From Anaerolineae bacterium (lineage in GTDB: Bacteria; Chloroflexota; Anaerolineae; S140-20), in NCBI GenBank assembly GCA_027021705.1, contig JALUTT010000049.1, forward strand, positions 1 to 51,785: DNA of 51,785 nucleotides. The letters are read 5' to 3'. How positions within the stretch are numbered: position 1 is the stretch's first letter; each line of letters starts with the position of its first letter. Shown here in pieces: positions 30,970 to 39,971 of the stretch. Position numbers and translations under genes: made by a program. The notes under the pieces are model-generated. The model had not been told where the DNA came from. It was given only the letters and a program-made list of their open reading frames with translations, and made no database searches.

Positions 30970-32375
30970 CGCGTCCACTCCGTGTGAAAGACCCCTTCCC
31001 GGTCTATCCGCCGGTAGGTGTGGGCCCCGAAGTAGTCCCGCTGGGCCTGGATCAGGTTGGCGGGCAGGCGGGCGCTGCGGTAACCGTCGAAGTAGGCCAG
31101 CGAGGCGCTGAGGGCCGGCGTCGGGATGCCCAAGGTGATGGCCGTCTGCAGGACGGAGCGCCAAGCCGCCTGGCGGCTCGCCACCGCCTCCCGGAAGAAG
31201 GGGGCCAGGAGCAGGTTGGGCAGGTCCGGCTCCTGGGCGAAGGCAGCCCGCACGTCGTCCAGGAAACGGGCGCGGATGATGCACCCGCCGCGCCAGATGC
31301 GAGCGATCTCGCCGTAGTTCAGGTCGTACTCGTAGGCCCGGCTGGCCTCCCGCAGCAGCGCCATCCCCTGAGCATAGGTGCAGACCTTGGCCGCGTAGAG
31401 GGCATCCCCCACGGCGTTGATGAAAGCCTCCCGGTCGCCGGAGAAGCGGCCCTCGGGGCCGGAGAGCACCTGGGCCGCCCGCTCCCGCTCCGCCTTGTAG
31501 GATGAAAGGATACGGGCTTCGACGGCGGCGTTGATGGTCGGGGTGGGCACGCCCAGGTCCATCGCGTCCTGGCTGGTCCACCGGCCCGTTCCCTTCTGGG
31601 CGGCCTCGTCCAGGATCAGGTCCACCAGAGGGCGTCCCGTCTCCTCATCCAGACGGGTGAAGATGTCGGCGGTGATCTCGATGAGGTAGGAGGAGAGCAC
31701 GCCCTCGTTCCAGCGGGCGAAGACCCGGTGCAGCTCCTCGGCCGAGAGGCCCAGCCCCCGGTGCAGGAGGTCGTAGGCCTCGGCGATGAGCTGCATATCG
31801 CCGTACTCGATGCCGTTGTGGACCATCTTGACGTAGTGGCCGGCGCCTCGGGGGCCGATGTAGGTGACGCAGGGGTCGCCGTTCACCCGGGCGGCGATGG
31901 CGGTGAAGATGGGTTCAACGCGGGCGTAGGCTTCGCGCTGCCCCCCCGGCATAATGCTGGGGCCCCAGAGCGCCCCCTCCTCGCCGCCGGAGATGCCCAC
32001 GCCCAGGTAGTGGATGCCGGCCGCCTCCAGCTCCCGGGAGCGCCGTTCGGTGTCCTTGAAGAAGGAGTTGCCGCCGTCTATGAGGATGTCGCCCGGCTCC
32101 AGGAGCGGCTTCAGCTTGCCGATGAAGGCGTCCACCGGGGCCCCGGCCTTCACCATCAGCATCACCACCCGGGGCCGCTTCAGGGCGGCGACCAGGTCCT
32201 CCAGCGTGTAGGTGGCGGTGATCTGCTTGCCGGCCGCCGGACCTTCGATGAAGGCTCGCGTTCGGGCCGCCGTCCGGTTGTAGACGGCCACCCGGAAGCC
32301 GTTGCGCTCCATGTTCAGCACCAGGTTCTGGCCCATCACGGCCAGCCCGATCAAGCCAATGTCGTGTTCGCTCAT
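30966..32375 (-). CDS. gnd: NADP-dependent 6-phosphogluconate dehydrogenase
   Basis: GLAVMGQN, MVKAG, DGGN, VKMVHNGIEYGDMQ, QKGTG, QAQRDYFGAHTY. Confidence 0.98.
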   Translation of the reverse strand: MSEHDIGLIGLAVMGQNLVLNMERNGFRVAVYNRTAARTRAFIEGPAAGKQITATYTLEDLVAALKRPRVVMLMVKAGAPVDAFIGKLKPLLEPGDILIDGGNSFFKDTERRSRELEAAGIHYLGVGISGGEEGALWGPSIMPGGQREAYARVEPIFTAIAARVNGDPCVTYIGPRGAGHYVKMVHNGIEYGDMQLIAEAYDLLHRGLGLSAEELHRVFARWNEGVLSSYLIEITADIFTRLDEETGRPLVDLILDEAAQKGTGRWTSQDAMDLGVPTPTINAAVEARILSSYKAERERAAQVLSGPEGRFSGDREAFINAVGDALYAAKVCTYAQGMALLREASRAYEYDLNYGEIARIWRGGCIIRARFLDDVRAAFAQEPDLPNLLLAPFFREAVASRQAAWRSVLQTAITLGIPTPALSASLAYFDGYRSARLPANLIQAQRDYFGAHTYRRIDREGVFHTEWTR

Positions 32376-32466
32376 CAGGGTTCCTTTCTCTCCATCCTCG
32401 TCCACGCTTCACGGGTTGCGCGTTGCGTGGTCCGTAGTCCGCAGTCCACGGTCCGCAGTCGGTGGT

Positions 32467-33975
32467 CTAGGGTCGGCGGTCCGCTACCAGTTGCTCGTAG
32501 AGGGCCTGCTGGCGGGCGATGGCCCGGCGATAGCGGTGGTGGTGGTCCGGGTTGGGCTTGTAGGTGGTGCCCAGGAAGGGAGGGGCCTCCCCCACGTCGC
32601 TCAGCAGGCCCAGGGATTCCAGGGCCAGCAGGGCCGCGCCCCGCCCCGAGGCCTCGGCGACCTGGGAGACGGCGACGGGCCGGCCCAGCACGTCGGTCAC
32701 GATCTGCAACCAGACGGGCGAGTGGAGCAGCGCCCCGCCGCTGGCGACGATCTGGGGCGCTTCGGGCAGCAGCGGGCGCAGTCGGTCGAAGACGAGGGCG
32801 AGGCGGTAGGCGACCGCCTCCATCCCGGCCCGCAGGACCTCCACCGGCGTGGTCGCCAGGGAGAGGCCGTGGATGGTGGCCCGGGCGTGGCCGGCCCAAC
32901 CGGGGCTGCGTTCGCCGGCCAGGAAGGGAAGCACCGTCAGGCCGTGGCCGTCGGGCTCCAGGGCGGCCAGGGCCGGCTCCAGCGCCTCCGGTTCCGCCAG
33001 GCGCAGCGTCTCCCGCATCCAGGCGTAGACGTTGCCCCCCTCGCTGAGGGCACCGCCGGGGAGGGAGCGGCGTCGGTCCACCCGGTAGCACCAGAGCCCC
33101 GGCGGAACCCGCTCGACCGGACCGTCCACGACGACCCGCATAGCGCTGGTCGTGCCCATAGTCAGGGCTACCCGCCGGGGCGAGACGCAGCCGCTGCCGA
33201 TGTTGGCCGCTGCCCCGTCGCCGATGGCGGGGAACCAGGGAACCTCCCGCAGGGCCGGCCAGCGGTCGGCGAAGGGAGGGCGCAGCCCCCGCCGGGGAAC
33301 GCTCACGTCGGTGAGAGGGGAGAGCCGGTCGGCCCCGATGGGCAGGGCTGCCAGCAACGCCTCATCCCACACCAGCCGCCGTCGGTCCAGCAGCCCCGTC
33401 CAGGAGGCGACGGAGTAGCTGACGGCGGTCTCGCCGAAGAGGTGGAGTTCCATGTACTCGCCCAGGGAGATCCAACGGGCGACACGGCGGAAGCGGTCGG
33501 GCTGGGCGGCGGCCAGCCAGCGGAGGCGGGCCGGCAGGTAGCTGGGATGGAAGAGGCAGCCGGTGCGGTCGTGGACCTCGGCTTCGTCCAGTTCGGCCCG
33601 CAGGCGCCGGGCTTCGGCGGCGGCGCGGGTGTCGGCGTAGGTCGTGAGGGGGGTGATCGCCCGCCCCTCGGCGTCCACCCCCAGCAGGTTGCTGACGAAG
33701 GTGCAGGAGGCGACGGCGGCGATCTGGTCGGTGAGGGGGCCGGCCTGGGCCAGGATGCCGTCCACGCAGCGCCAGATGCGCTCCAGCAGGGCGTCGGGGT
33801 CGGCCTCGGAAGCGCCCTCGACCGTCGTCCGAATCTGGAAGGGCTCGCGGGCGGTCGGCCCCTGCACCGCCCGGCCCAGCCGGTCGAAGAGGAGCGCCCG
33901 GACCGCCGAGGTGCCGATGTCCAGGGCCAGGATGAGGGGTGGGGTAGCTTCCTGGGGGATGACGGTCGCCGTCAC
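32467..33975 (-). CDS. gntK: FGGY-family gluconokinase
   Basis: [38 protein letters not shown]; adjacent to gnd; GTG overlaps the Doc stop. Confidence 0.85.
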   Translation of the reverse strand: MTATVIPQEATPPLILALDIGTSAVRALLFDRLGRAVQGPTAREPFQIRTTVEGASEADPDALLERIWRCVDGILAQAGPLTDQIAAVASCTFVSNLLGVDAEGRAITPLTTYADTRAAAEARRLRAELDEAEVHDRTGCLFHPSYLPARLRWLAAAQPDRFRRVARWISLGEYMELHLFGETAVSYSVASWTGLLDRRRLVWDEALLAALPIGADRLSPLTDVSVPRRGLRPPFADRWPALREVPWFPAIGDGAAANIGSGCVSPRRVALTMGTTSAMRVVVDGPVERVPPGLWCYRVDRRRSLPGGALSEGGNVYAWMRETLRLAEPEALEPALAALEPDGHGLTVLPFLAGERSPGWAGHARATIHGLSLATTPVEVLRAGMEAVAYRLALVFDRLRPLLPEAPQIVASGGALLHSPVWLQIVTDVLGRPVAVSQVAEASGRGAALLALESLGLLSDVGEAPPFLGTTYKPNPDHHHRYRRAIARQQALYEQLVADRRP

Positions 33976-34367
33976 CGGATCCTCTTGACCGGCACGAGAT
34001 GGTCGCGGAGCCATTTGGTGAATTCTTCGCGTTCGATCTCTCCTGACGCAATTCGAAAAATCACTCGTTCCTGCTCGTCCACTGATGCTTCTATCTCATA
34101 GCCGTTCAGGACGAGGAACGTTTCCATCGCTGCATGGCCTAAACGTTTATTGCCATCCACAAAGGGGTGGTTCTTGATGAGCGAGAAGCCGAGAGCGGCG
34201 GCTTTCTCGACAATGGTGGGATAGAGGTCTTTGCCACCGAACGTCATACGAGGTTGGGCCAAGGCTGACTCCAATGCATTCAAATCACGAATCCCGACAG
34301 TACCACCCGATTGTTTCATCACCCGGTGGTACAGTTCGAGGGCCTCGCTGAGGGTGAGATAGCGCAT
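33972..34367 (-). CDS. doc: Death-on-curing (Doc/Fic) family toxin
   Basis: [24 protein letters not shown]. Confidence 0.92.
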   Translation of the reverse strand: MRYLTLSEALELYHRVMKQSGGTVGIRDLNALESALAQPRMTFGGKDLYPTIVEKAAALGFSLIKNHPFVDGNKRLGHAAMETFLVLNGYEIEASVDEQERVIFRIASGEIEREEFTKWLRDHLVPVKRIR

Positions 34368-34373
34368 GATACC

Positions 34374-34586
34374 TCAGAGGTTCGGAGTTGATGCCAGCCG
34401 CTGGTAGAGTTCGCGGTTCTTGGTGAGAACGTAGTCCATCGCCTGTTGGAAAGCCTCTTCAGGCCGGGTGAGCATTTCCTTGATGCTGGCTTGGATCAGC
34501 TCCTCGGGTGTGACGCCGAAGTGTTTCGCCTTTTCTTTCAGTTGTAGCAGGTGTTCCTCAGAGATGGTAATGGTGAGGTGGGTCAT
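34374..34586 (-). CDS. Putative antitoxin (small RHH-like protein)
   Basis: 70 aa directly upstream of doc; C-terminal YVLTKNRELYQRLA resembles Phd-like Doc-binding tails. Confidence 0.75.
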   Translation of the reverse strand: MTHLTITISEEHLLQLKEKAKHFGVTPEELIQASIKEMLTRPEEAFQQAMDYVLTKNRELYQRLASTPNL

Positions 34587-34682
34587 AGCTGCTCTTGTCA
34601 GTGTGGTATCGCTGCGCCTCCACCGGCGGGTCACCCTCCCTTGGTGGGGCGCTGGGGAGGGGGGCTTTCACGGGCTTCCGAG

Positions 34683-34711
34683 ATTATAAACGAGGGAGGC
34701 GCTCCCGTCAA
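34683..34711 (-). promoter_or_regulatory. Internal sigma70 promoter for antitoxin-doc-gntK-gnd
   Basis: TTGACG (34711-34706), 17 bp, TATAAT (34688-34683). Confidence 0.75.
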
Positions 34712-34761
34712 CGGCCTGCCGGTCCATAGTCCACGGTCCGCAGTCCGCAGCCGGCAGGCCC

Positions 34762-35547
34762 CTAAAGCTCTTCGATGACGCGGAGCAGGTGGTCGCTCAG
34801 GCGCAGCAGCCTCTCCATCACGTGCTCGGGATGGATGGTGCCCTCGTGGTCCGCCTCGGCCAGCCGGTCGGAGATGACGCCCGTCCAGCAGCACTTCAGC
34901 CCCAGCCGCCGCCCGACGGTGAGGAAGGCGGAGGATTCCAGGTCGAGGGAGAGCACCCCCAGCTCCCGCAGCCTCTCGACCAGCGCTCTCCCCTCCCGGT
35001 AGAGGGCGTCGGTGCCGAAGGAGAGGCCCAGGTGGTAGCGCTCGTGGTGGGCATCCAGCTCCCGGCAGAGCCGGGCGGTCAGCGCGAGGTCGGCGACGGC
35101 GGGGAACTCGTCGGGCACGTAGTAGCGGGAGACGCCGTCGCCCCGGACGGCACCCTCCAGCACCACGATGTCGCCGATGGCTACGTCGGGCCGGGGCGTG
35201 CCCCCCAACCCCAGGCCGAGGACGTACCGGACGCCACAGGCGGCGAGCTGTTCCAGGGAGTTGGCGATCCGGGGGCCGCCGTAGGAGGGGAAGTGGAGGG
35301 CGAAAGGGGTTCCCCCCTCCGTCCGGCACCGTTTCAGCGGCGTCGTGCTGTAGGGCCAGGTGAACGCCTCATCCACCCAGGGCACCCGCTCCAGCACCCG
35401 CCGGAAGAGGCCGGCGCTGAAGGTGATGAGGCAGACCTCCCCGATCTCCATCGCCGTCGGGTCGAGGCCATGGTGCCGGAAGTCGGCCTCGGCGGTGACG
35501 TAGGGGCGCCGGCTGCGCCAGGTTTCCCCGTCGAAAAGGGAGCCCAT
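34762..35547 (-). CDS. Nucleoside phosphorylase family (PNP/UDP) protein
   Basis: YGGP..LEQL, AVRGDGVSRYY, TDALYRE, LDLESSA. Alternative start is GTG 35556. Confidence 0.8.
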   Translation of the reverse strand: MGSLFDGETWRSRRPYVTAEADFRHHGLDPTAMEIGEVCLITFSAGLFRRVLERVPWVDEAFTWPYSTTPLKRCRTEGGTPFALHFPSYGGPRIANSLEQLAACGVRYVLGLGLGGTPRPDVAIGDIVVLEGAVRGDGVSRYYVPDEFPAVADLALTARLCRELDAHHERYHLGLSFGTDALYREGRALVERLRELGVLSLDLESSAFLTVGRRLGLKCCWTGVISDRLAEADHEGTIHPEHVMERLLRLSDHLLRVIEEL

Positions 35548-35552
35548 CGCCC

Positions 35553-36803
35553 TCACTCCCGCAGTCGGTAGAGGATTTCGCCGGCGTGGGAGACGAGCAG
35601 GATGCCCTCATCCTCTCGGCCGGCCCAGGCCTCGGGGTGGATGGTGGCCGGATCCCGATAGCCCAGGTTCACCCGCTCGCACCGCTCCCGGGGGATGCCC
35701 GTCGCCAGGGTGACCTGGATGCGGGGCCGCTCCACACCGCCCTCGTAGGTGCCGATGCCCCGCAGGTGGGTCGAGTGGGCCAGCACCCCCCACGGGTAGT
35801 CCTTGAAGCGATCCCATTGCTTGACGAAGTAATCCCGCACGTGGTAGCCGATCTCGTCAATGATGCGCCCGTGGGTGTAGGAGATCTCGGTGATGTGGGG
35901 CGCGTAGATGATCACCTCCCCGCCGTCGGCGACGACGGGCTCCAGCTTGTACATCCCCTTGGCTCCCGTCCAGAGGTCGTCGTACATCTCCGGCATCACC
36001 GAGAGGACCTGCCGGTAGGGTCGGTCCACGTAGACGATGTGGACCTGGGCCGAGAGGTCGGCGGCGTGGGACCAGGAGGCCTCCGGGGGGCCGATGTAGA
36101 GGCCGGCCAGCCCTTCTCCCTTGACCACCAGGCTGAAGCAGAGCTTGGGGCGGTCTATGAAGGCCGCCGCCCGGTCAATCACCGCCCGCACCGGCGTCTC
36201 CTTCGTGCCGATGATCTCGTAGCTGGTGATGAGGGCCCCCAGCCAGTGGGTGAAGTTGATCACCTCCCGGCCGGAGATGCCGGGGAAGAAGTACTTGTTG
36301 CCGCCGGAGAAGCCCACCACCTCGTGGGGGAAGACCGGCCCGCAGATGATGAGGTGGTCGTAGTCGAAGACCATCTTGTTGACGGCCACGGGCACTTCCT
36401 GCGAGAGGAAGCCTCGGCTCAGCGCTTCCACCTCCTCGGCCGGGATCACGCCCACGGTGCGGAAGGTGTCGGGGCGCTCCCAGTGGTGGTTGAAGACGCG
36501 CACGTCGGCGTAGCGGTCGGCCATCTCCTCGGCGGTGACGCCCAGCCGGTGGTAGATCGCCTCCTGGGACATCGGCTGGTGGGTTCCCAGGGCGATCAGG
36601 TAGTCCAGGGCGGCCACCCGCCCCGACAGGAACTCGTGGAAGAGGCGGAAGAAGAGGGGGATGGGGCCGCTGCGGGTGTGGTCGGGGATGATGATCAGCA
36701 CCCGTCGGCCCGTCAGGTCGGTCCGGGCCAGCGCCTCCCCCATCAGGTCTCGGACCTCTCCCTCGGTCAGCAGCCGGTCGGTGAGCCCCTTGCCAAGGAC
36801 CAT
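35553..36803 (-). CDS. LarA-superfamily nickel-pincer epimerase, probable D-mannonate/D-gluconate 2-epimerase (GntE-like)
   Basis: IIPDHTRS, IALGTH, FPHEVVGFSGGNK, DLWTGAKG; lies between mannonate oxidoreductase and gluconokinase. Confidence 0.82.
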   Translation of the reverse strand: MVLGKGLTDRLLTEGEVRDLMGEALARTDLTGRRVLIIIPDHTRSGPIPLFFRLFHEFLSGRVAALDYLIALGTHQPMSQEAIYHRLGVTAEEMADRYADVRVFNHHWERPDTFRTVGVIPAEEVEALSRGFLSQEVPVAVNKMVFDYDHLIICGPVFPHEVVGFSGGNKYFFPGISGREVINFTHWLGALITSYEIIGTKETPVRAVIDRAAAFIDRPKLCFSLVVKGEGLAGLYIGPPEASWSHAADLSAQVHIVYVDRPYRQVLSVMPEMYDDLWTGAKGMYKLEPVVADGGEVIIYAPHITEISYTHGRIIDEIGYHVRDYFVKQWDRFKDYPWGVLAHSTHLRGIGTYEGGVERPRIQVTLATGIPRERCERVNLGYRDPATIHPEAWAGREDEGILLVSHAGEILYRLRE

Positions 36804-36824
36804 CGCGCCCCTCCTCGCCGAGGT

Positions 36825-37652
36825 TCAGACGCCGCTGAAGGCGGAGAAGCCGCCGTCAATGGGCACGACGATGCCGGTGACGAAGCGGGAGGCCGGCGAG
36901 AGGAGCCAGAAGACGGTGCCCAGCAGGTCCTGGGGATCGCCGAAGCGGCCCATCGGGGTGTGCTCGATGATCGTCCGCCCCCGGGGCGTCAGCTCGCCGG
37001 TTGCCTCGTCAATGAGCAGGAAGCGGTTCTGGTGGGTCAGGAAGAAGCCGGGGGCGATGGCGTTGACGCGGATGCGGGGCGAGTACTCCTGGGCCATGTG
37101 GACGGCCAGCCACTGGGTGAAGTTGCTCACCGCTGCCTTGGCCGCCGAGTAGGCCGGGATCCGGGTCAGGGGGCGGAAGGCGTTCATCGAGGAGATGTTG
37201 AGGATGACGCCTTCCTCCTGCTCGGCCATCTGGCGGCCAAAGACCTGGCAGGGGATCAGCGTGCCGATGAAGTTGAGGTCGAAGACCCAGCGGACGGCCT
37301 CCTGGGGCAGGTCGAAGAAGGGGAGCTCCGGCGAGGTCGTCGCCTGGGGCCGGTTGCCCCCGGCCCCGTTGATGAGGATGTCCACCCGACCGAAGCGGTC
37401 CAGGATCCGCTCCAGGGCGGCCTCGACGCTGGCCTTCTCCAGCACGTTGGTGCGGATGGCGATGGCCTCGCCGCCGGCCTCGGTGATCTCATCGGCCACG
37501 CGCTGCGCGGCCTCCTCCACGATGTCCAGGATGGCCAGGCGGGCGCCGGCGCTGCCCAGCGCCCGGGCCATCTCACCCACCAGGACGCCGCCACCGCCGG
37601 TGGCCGCGACCACGTTGCCTTTCAGGTCGAACATCGCTTGCCATTCTCCCAT
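36825..37652 (-). CDS. SDR oxidoreductase, D-mannonate/fructuronate reductase type
   Basis: TGGGGVL, INGAGGN, SSMNAFRPLTRIPAYSAAK, NAIAPGFFLT; SD AGGAGGT. Confidence 0.88.
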   Translation of the reverse strand: MGEWQAMFDLKGNVVAATGGGGVLVGEMARALGSAGARLAILDIVEEAAQRVADEITEAGGEAIAIRTNVLEKASVEAALERILDRFGRVDILINGAGGNRPQATTSPELPFFDLPQEAVRWVFDLNFIGTLIPCQVFGRQMAEQEEGVILNISSMNAFRPLTRIPAYSAAKAAVSNFTQWLAVHMAQEYSPRIRVNAIAPGFFLTHQNRFLLIDEATGELTPRGRTIIEHTPMGRFGDPQDLLGTVFWLLSPASRFVTGIVVPIDGGFSAFSGV

Positions 37653-37668
37653 TATCCACCTCCTGAAC

Positions 37669-39432
37669 TCACGCGCCCCGATCTCCGGCCCGGCTCAGCC
37701 CCAGGTCTCGCAGCCGCATCGCCGTGTACCGCTGCACCGCCGCCGCGTAGCGCTCCCATCCCCCGGCGGTCATCGTGGCGTAGAGGTCGGCCCGGAGGGG
37801 GCGGAAGACCAGGTAGGCGAAGTGGCGGAAGAAGTCGTCGTCGGCCCGCCGGCGTTGGGGGTCGGCGGCGGGGAGGAGTCGGTGGGCCAGGACGGCCTGG
37901 TGCAGGCCGTAGCCCAGGGTCTGGCGGACCAGCCGCACCGCCTCGTCGGGGTCTCCCCAGGCGCGGGCGGCCTGGGCGATCCGGCCCTCGTCGGCCAGGA
38001 GGGCGTGGGCCTCTGCTTCGGAGCGGCCGGCGATGAGGGCTTCGTAGACGAGGGCCAGCAGCCGCGTCACCCGATGGGTCTCCTCCCAGGCCCGGACGAA
38101 GAGGGCCTGCTCCGCCGGTTCGGGCGAAGCGGCCAGGACGCGCCAGAGGATCTCCTGGTAGATGCCGGAGACCTTGAGCATCAGCCAGCCTCCGGTGGCC
38201 TCGGCCAGGACCTGGTCCACGCCCGGCCCCTTCCCCGTCTCCACCCCCAACCCACTGCCGGAGTGGAAGCAGACCACCTGGTCGAAGGCGGCGGCGATGC
38301 TGGCCGCCTCGTTGACCAGGGGCCAGAGGTCGCGCCGGGGGTCGCCGGCGTAGTCGGCCCGCTTCTGGAAGCCGAAGTTGGGGGCCGAGGAGACGACGCC
38401 CCCCCGGGGCAGCCCCATCACCTCCTCCAGCATCACCAGGTAGAAGAGGTACTCGCGGGGCGGGGTGGGGGCCGGCGTCTCGTCCAGCGAGAGCTCGTAG
38501 TCGAAGGGCTCGCCCGCCTTGAGGTCGGCGATGAAGTCGTAGAGCTGTTTGTGCACCCGGCAGGCGACCCAGTACTTGCGCCCCAGCCGCAGGACCTCGG
38601 CCTCGTCGAAGGTGTAGGTGAAGCCGGGGCGGTCGGGCAGGATGTTGGGGACCTCCCAGGTCCGGCCCAGGAAGACATCCCGCAGGCGGGCCTCCTCGGC
38701 CGCGCTCAGCTCGTGGGGGAAGCCGAAGAGGCGGGAGGTGTCCACGGTGAACTTGGTGTAGTCGCGGGATTCGCCCAGGGCGATGCGGTTCAGCTCCATC
38801 GAGGCCGCCAGGGAGGCTTCGTCGTCGCCGGTAACGATGGCGTGGTCGGCGTCGGCGCCGATGGGGTGGCGGTAGCGCCGGTATCCGCCCAGGCTGATGA
38901 AGGCGAAGAGGCCGCTGCGCAGCAGCTCGCGGGGGCCGTATCCTCCGGTGTGGCCCAGGCCGGGGTGGTGGGCCGGGTCCACCTCCTGGGGGATCAGCTC
39001 GCGGACGATGGACTGCTGGATGAACCAGTTGGGGGCCTCGGCCTCGGCCACGGCCCGGAAGATGCCGGGGAAGACGCCCAGCGCCGAGGGGTCGGCCAGG
39101 CCGGCGCCGTCGTCCTCGGTGACGATGACGCGGTTGCCGGTGCCCAGGCCGTGGCGCAGGCCGGCCTCCTGGGTCAGCGCGACCAGCTTCCGCCGAGGGG
39201 CCACGTGGCGGTCGAAGGCCAGGACGTTCTCGTAGGTGGCGGGGTAGAGGGCGAGGGCGAAGGAGCCGGTCTGGGTTGTGGTCTCGGCGTCCTGCAGGTG
39301 CTGGCGGGCCACGGCGGGCTGCCGGGGGTCGTAGGCGCAGAGGATCAGGTCTCGACCGCCCAGCCGGGCCGTGTAGTAGGTCTCGTGCTCCCGCACGAGG
39401 CGGGAGTCGGGGAAGATGAAATCGCGGCTCAT
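37669..39432 (-). CDS. Tagaturonate/fructuronate epimerase (UxaE) family protein, divergent
   Basis: QQSIVREL, IGADADH, FDYELSLDET, APNFGFQK, FHSGSG, LKVSG. Confidence 0.75.
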   Translation of the reverse strand: MSRDFIFPDSRLVREHETYYTARLGGRDLILCAYDPRQPAVARQHLQDAETTTQTGSFALALYPATYENVLAFDRHVAPRRKLVALTQEAGLRHGLGTGNRVIVTEDDGAGLADPSALGVFPGIFRAVAEAEAPNWFIQQSIVRELIPQEVDPAHHPGLGHTGGYGPRELLRSGLFAFISLGGYRRYRHPIGADADHAIVTGDDEASLAASMELNRIALGESRDYTKFTVDTSRLFGFPHELSAAEEARLRDVFLGRTWEVPNILPDRPGFTYTFDEAEVLRLGRKYWVACRVHKQLYDFIADLKAGEPFDYELSLDETPAPTPPREYLFYLVMLEEVMGLPRGGVVSSAPNFGFQKRADYAGDPRRDLWPLVNEAASIAAAFDQVVCFHSGSGLGVETGKGPGVDQVLAEATGGWLMLKVSGIYQEILWRVLAASPEPAEQALFVRAWEETHRVTRLLALVYEALIAGRSEAEAHALLADEGRIAQAARAWGDPDEAVRLVRQTLGYGLHQAVLAHRLLPAADPQRRRADDDFFRHFAYLVFRPLRADLYATMTAGGWERYAAAVQRYTAMRLRDLGLSRAGDRGA

Positions 39433-39540
39433 CGGGACGCTCCGTTTTTTTACGCTGTAAAACAAAGTCTGGTGACCGGCGGGGTGTACCCGGCGTGCAC
39501 AGGGTTTTTGCGGGGATGAGGGCCGGTTACCCCGGCTAAT

Positions 39541-39577
39541 TTTTGTACATTGTACATCAATCTGGAGGGGATGTCAA
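39541..39577 (-). promoter_or_regulatory. Promoter of the hexuronate cluster with TGTACA repeat operator
   Basis: TTGACA (39577-39572), 17 bp, TACAAT (39554-39549); TGTACA-T-TGTACA overlaps the -10 box. Confidence 0.75.
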
Positions 39578-39618
39578 ATGATCCGTGGTCCGCAGTCCGT
39601 AGTCCGCAGTCCGCAGTC

Positions 39619-39767
39619 CACTGATTACCCATATCTTTGGAGATAGGGAGACTGGCCATCCACGAATGGGGCACGAATACACGAATTCGCCTCATTCGTG
39701 CATTTGTGGGAAATTCGTGGACGGCCTGCTACGGACCACTCTCTTGCTCACTTGTGGGTAATCGCCA
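39619..39767. mobile_element. MITE copy 2 (149 bp), imperfect TIRs
   Basis: CACTGATTACCCA...TGGGTAATCGCCA; matches copy 1 plus ~24 bp extra internal inverted CACGAAT repeats; no TSD seen. Confidence 0.75.
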
Positions 39768-39787
39768 GAGTGCAGAGTGCTGAACCC

Positions 39788-39816
39788 TTGAAATGGCGGC
39801 CTAGCTGTGTTACAAT
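39788..39816 (+). promoter_or_regulatory. Sigma70 promoter for the large secreted protein
   Basis: TTGAAA, 17 bp, TACAAT with extended TG. Confidence 0.6.
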
Positions 39817-39971
39817 GGGTTGGCCCCAGGCAGTCCGTGGGGCCTCATAACACCTCACAGCGTTGAGGCGGCGGTCAGGACGGTTCACGTCGTCCCACCA
39901 GCGCCATGGCATCCCGTTAGCCCGCCGATGTTCCACCATCGGCGGGCTCTATTTGTCTCGGAGGGAGTGCG

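Noticed and set aside
33971..34635. GTCACC direct repeat as a target duplication around the TA module
   Set aside because: Only 6 bp in GC-rich DNA, expected by chance; the upstream copy has implausible SD spacing.
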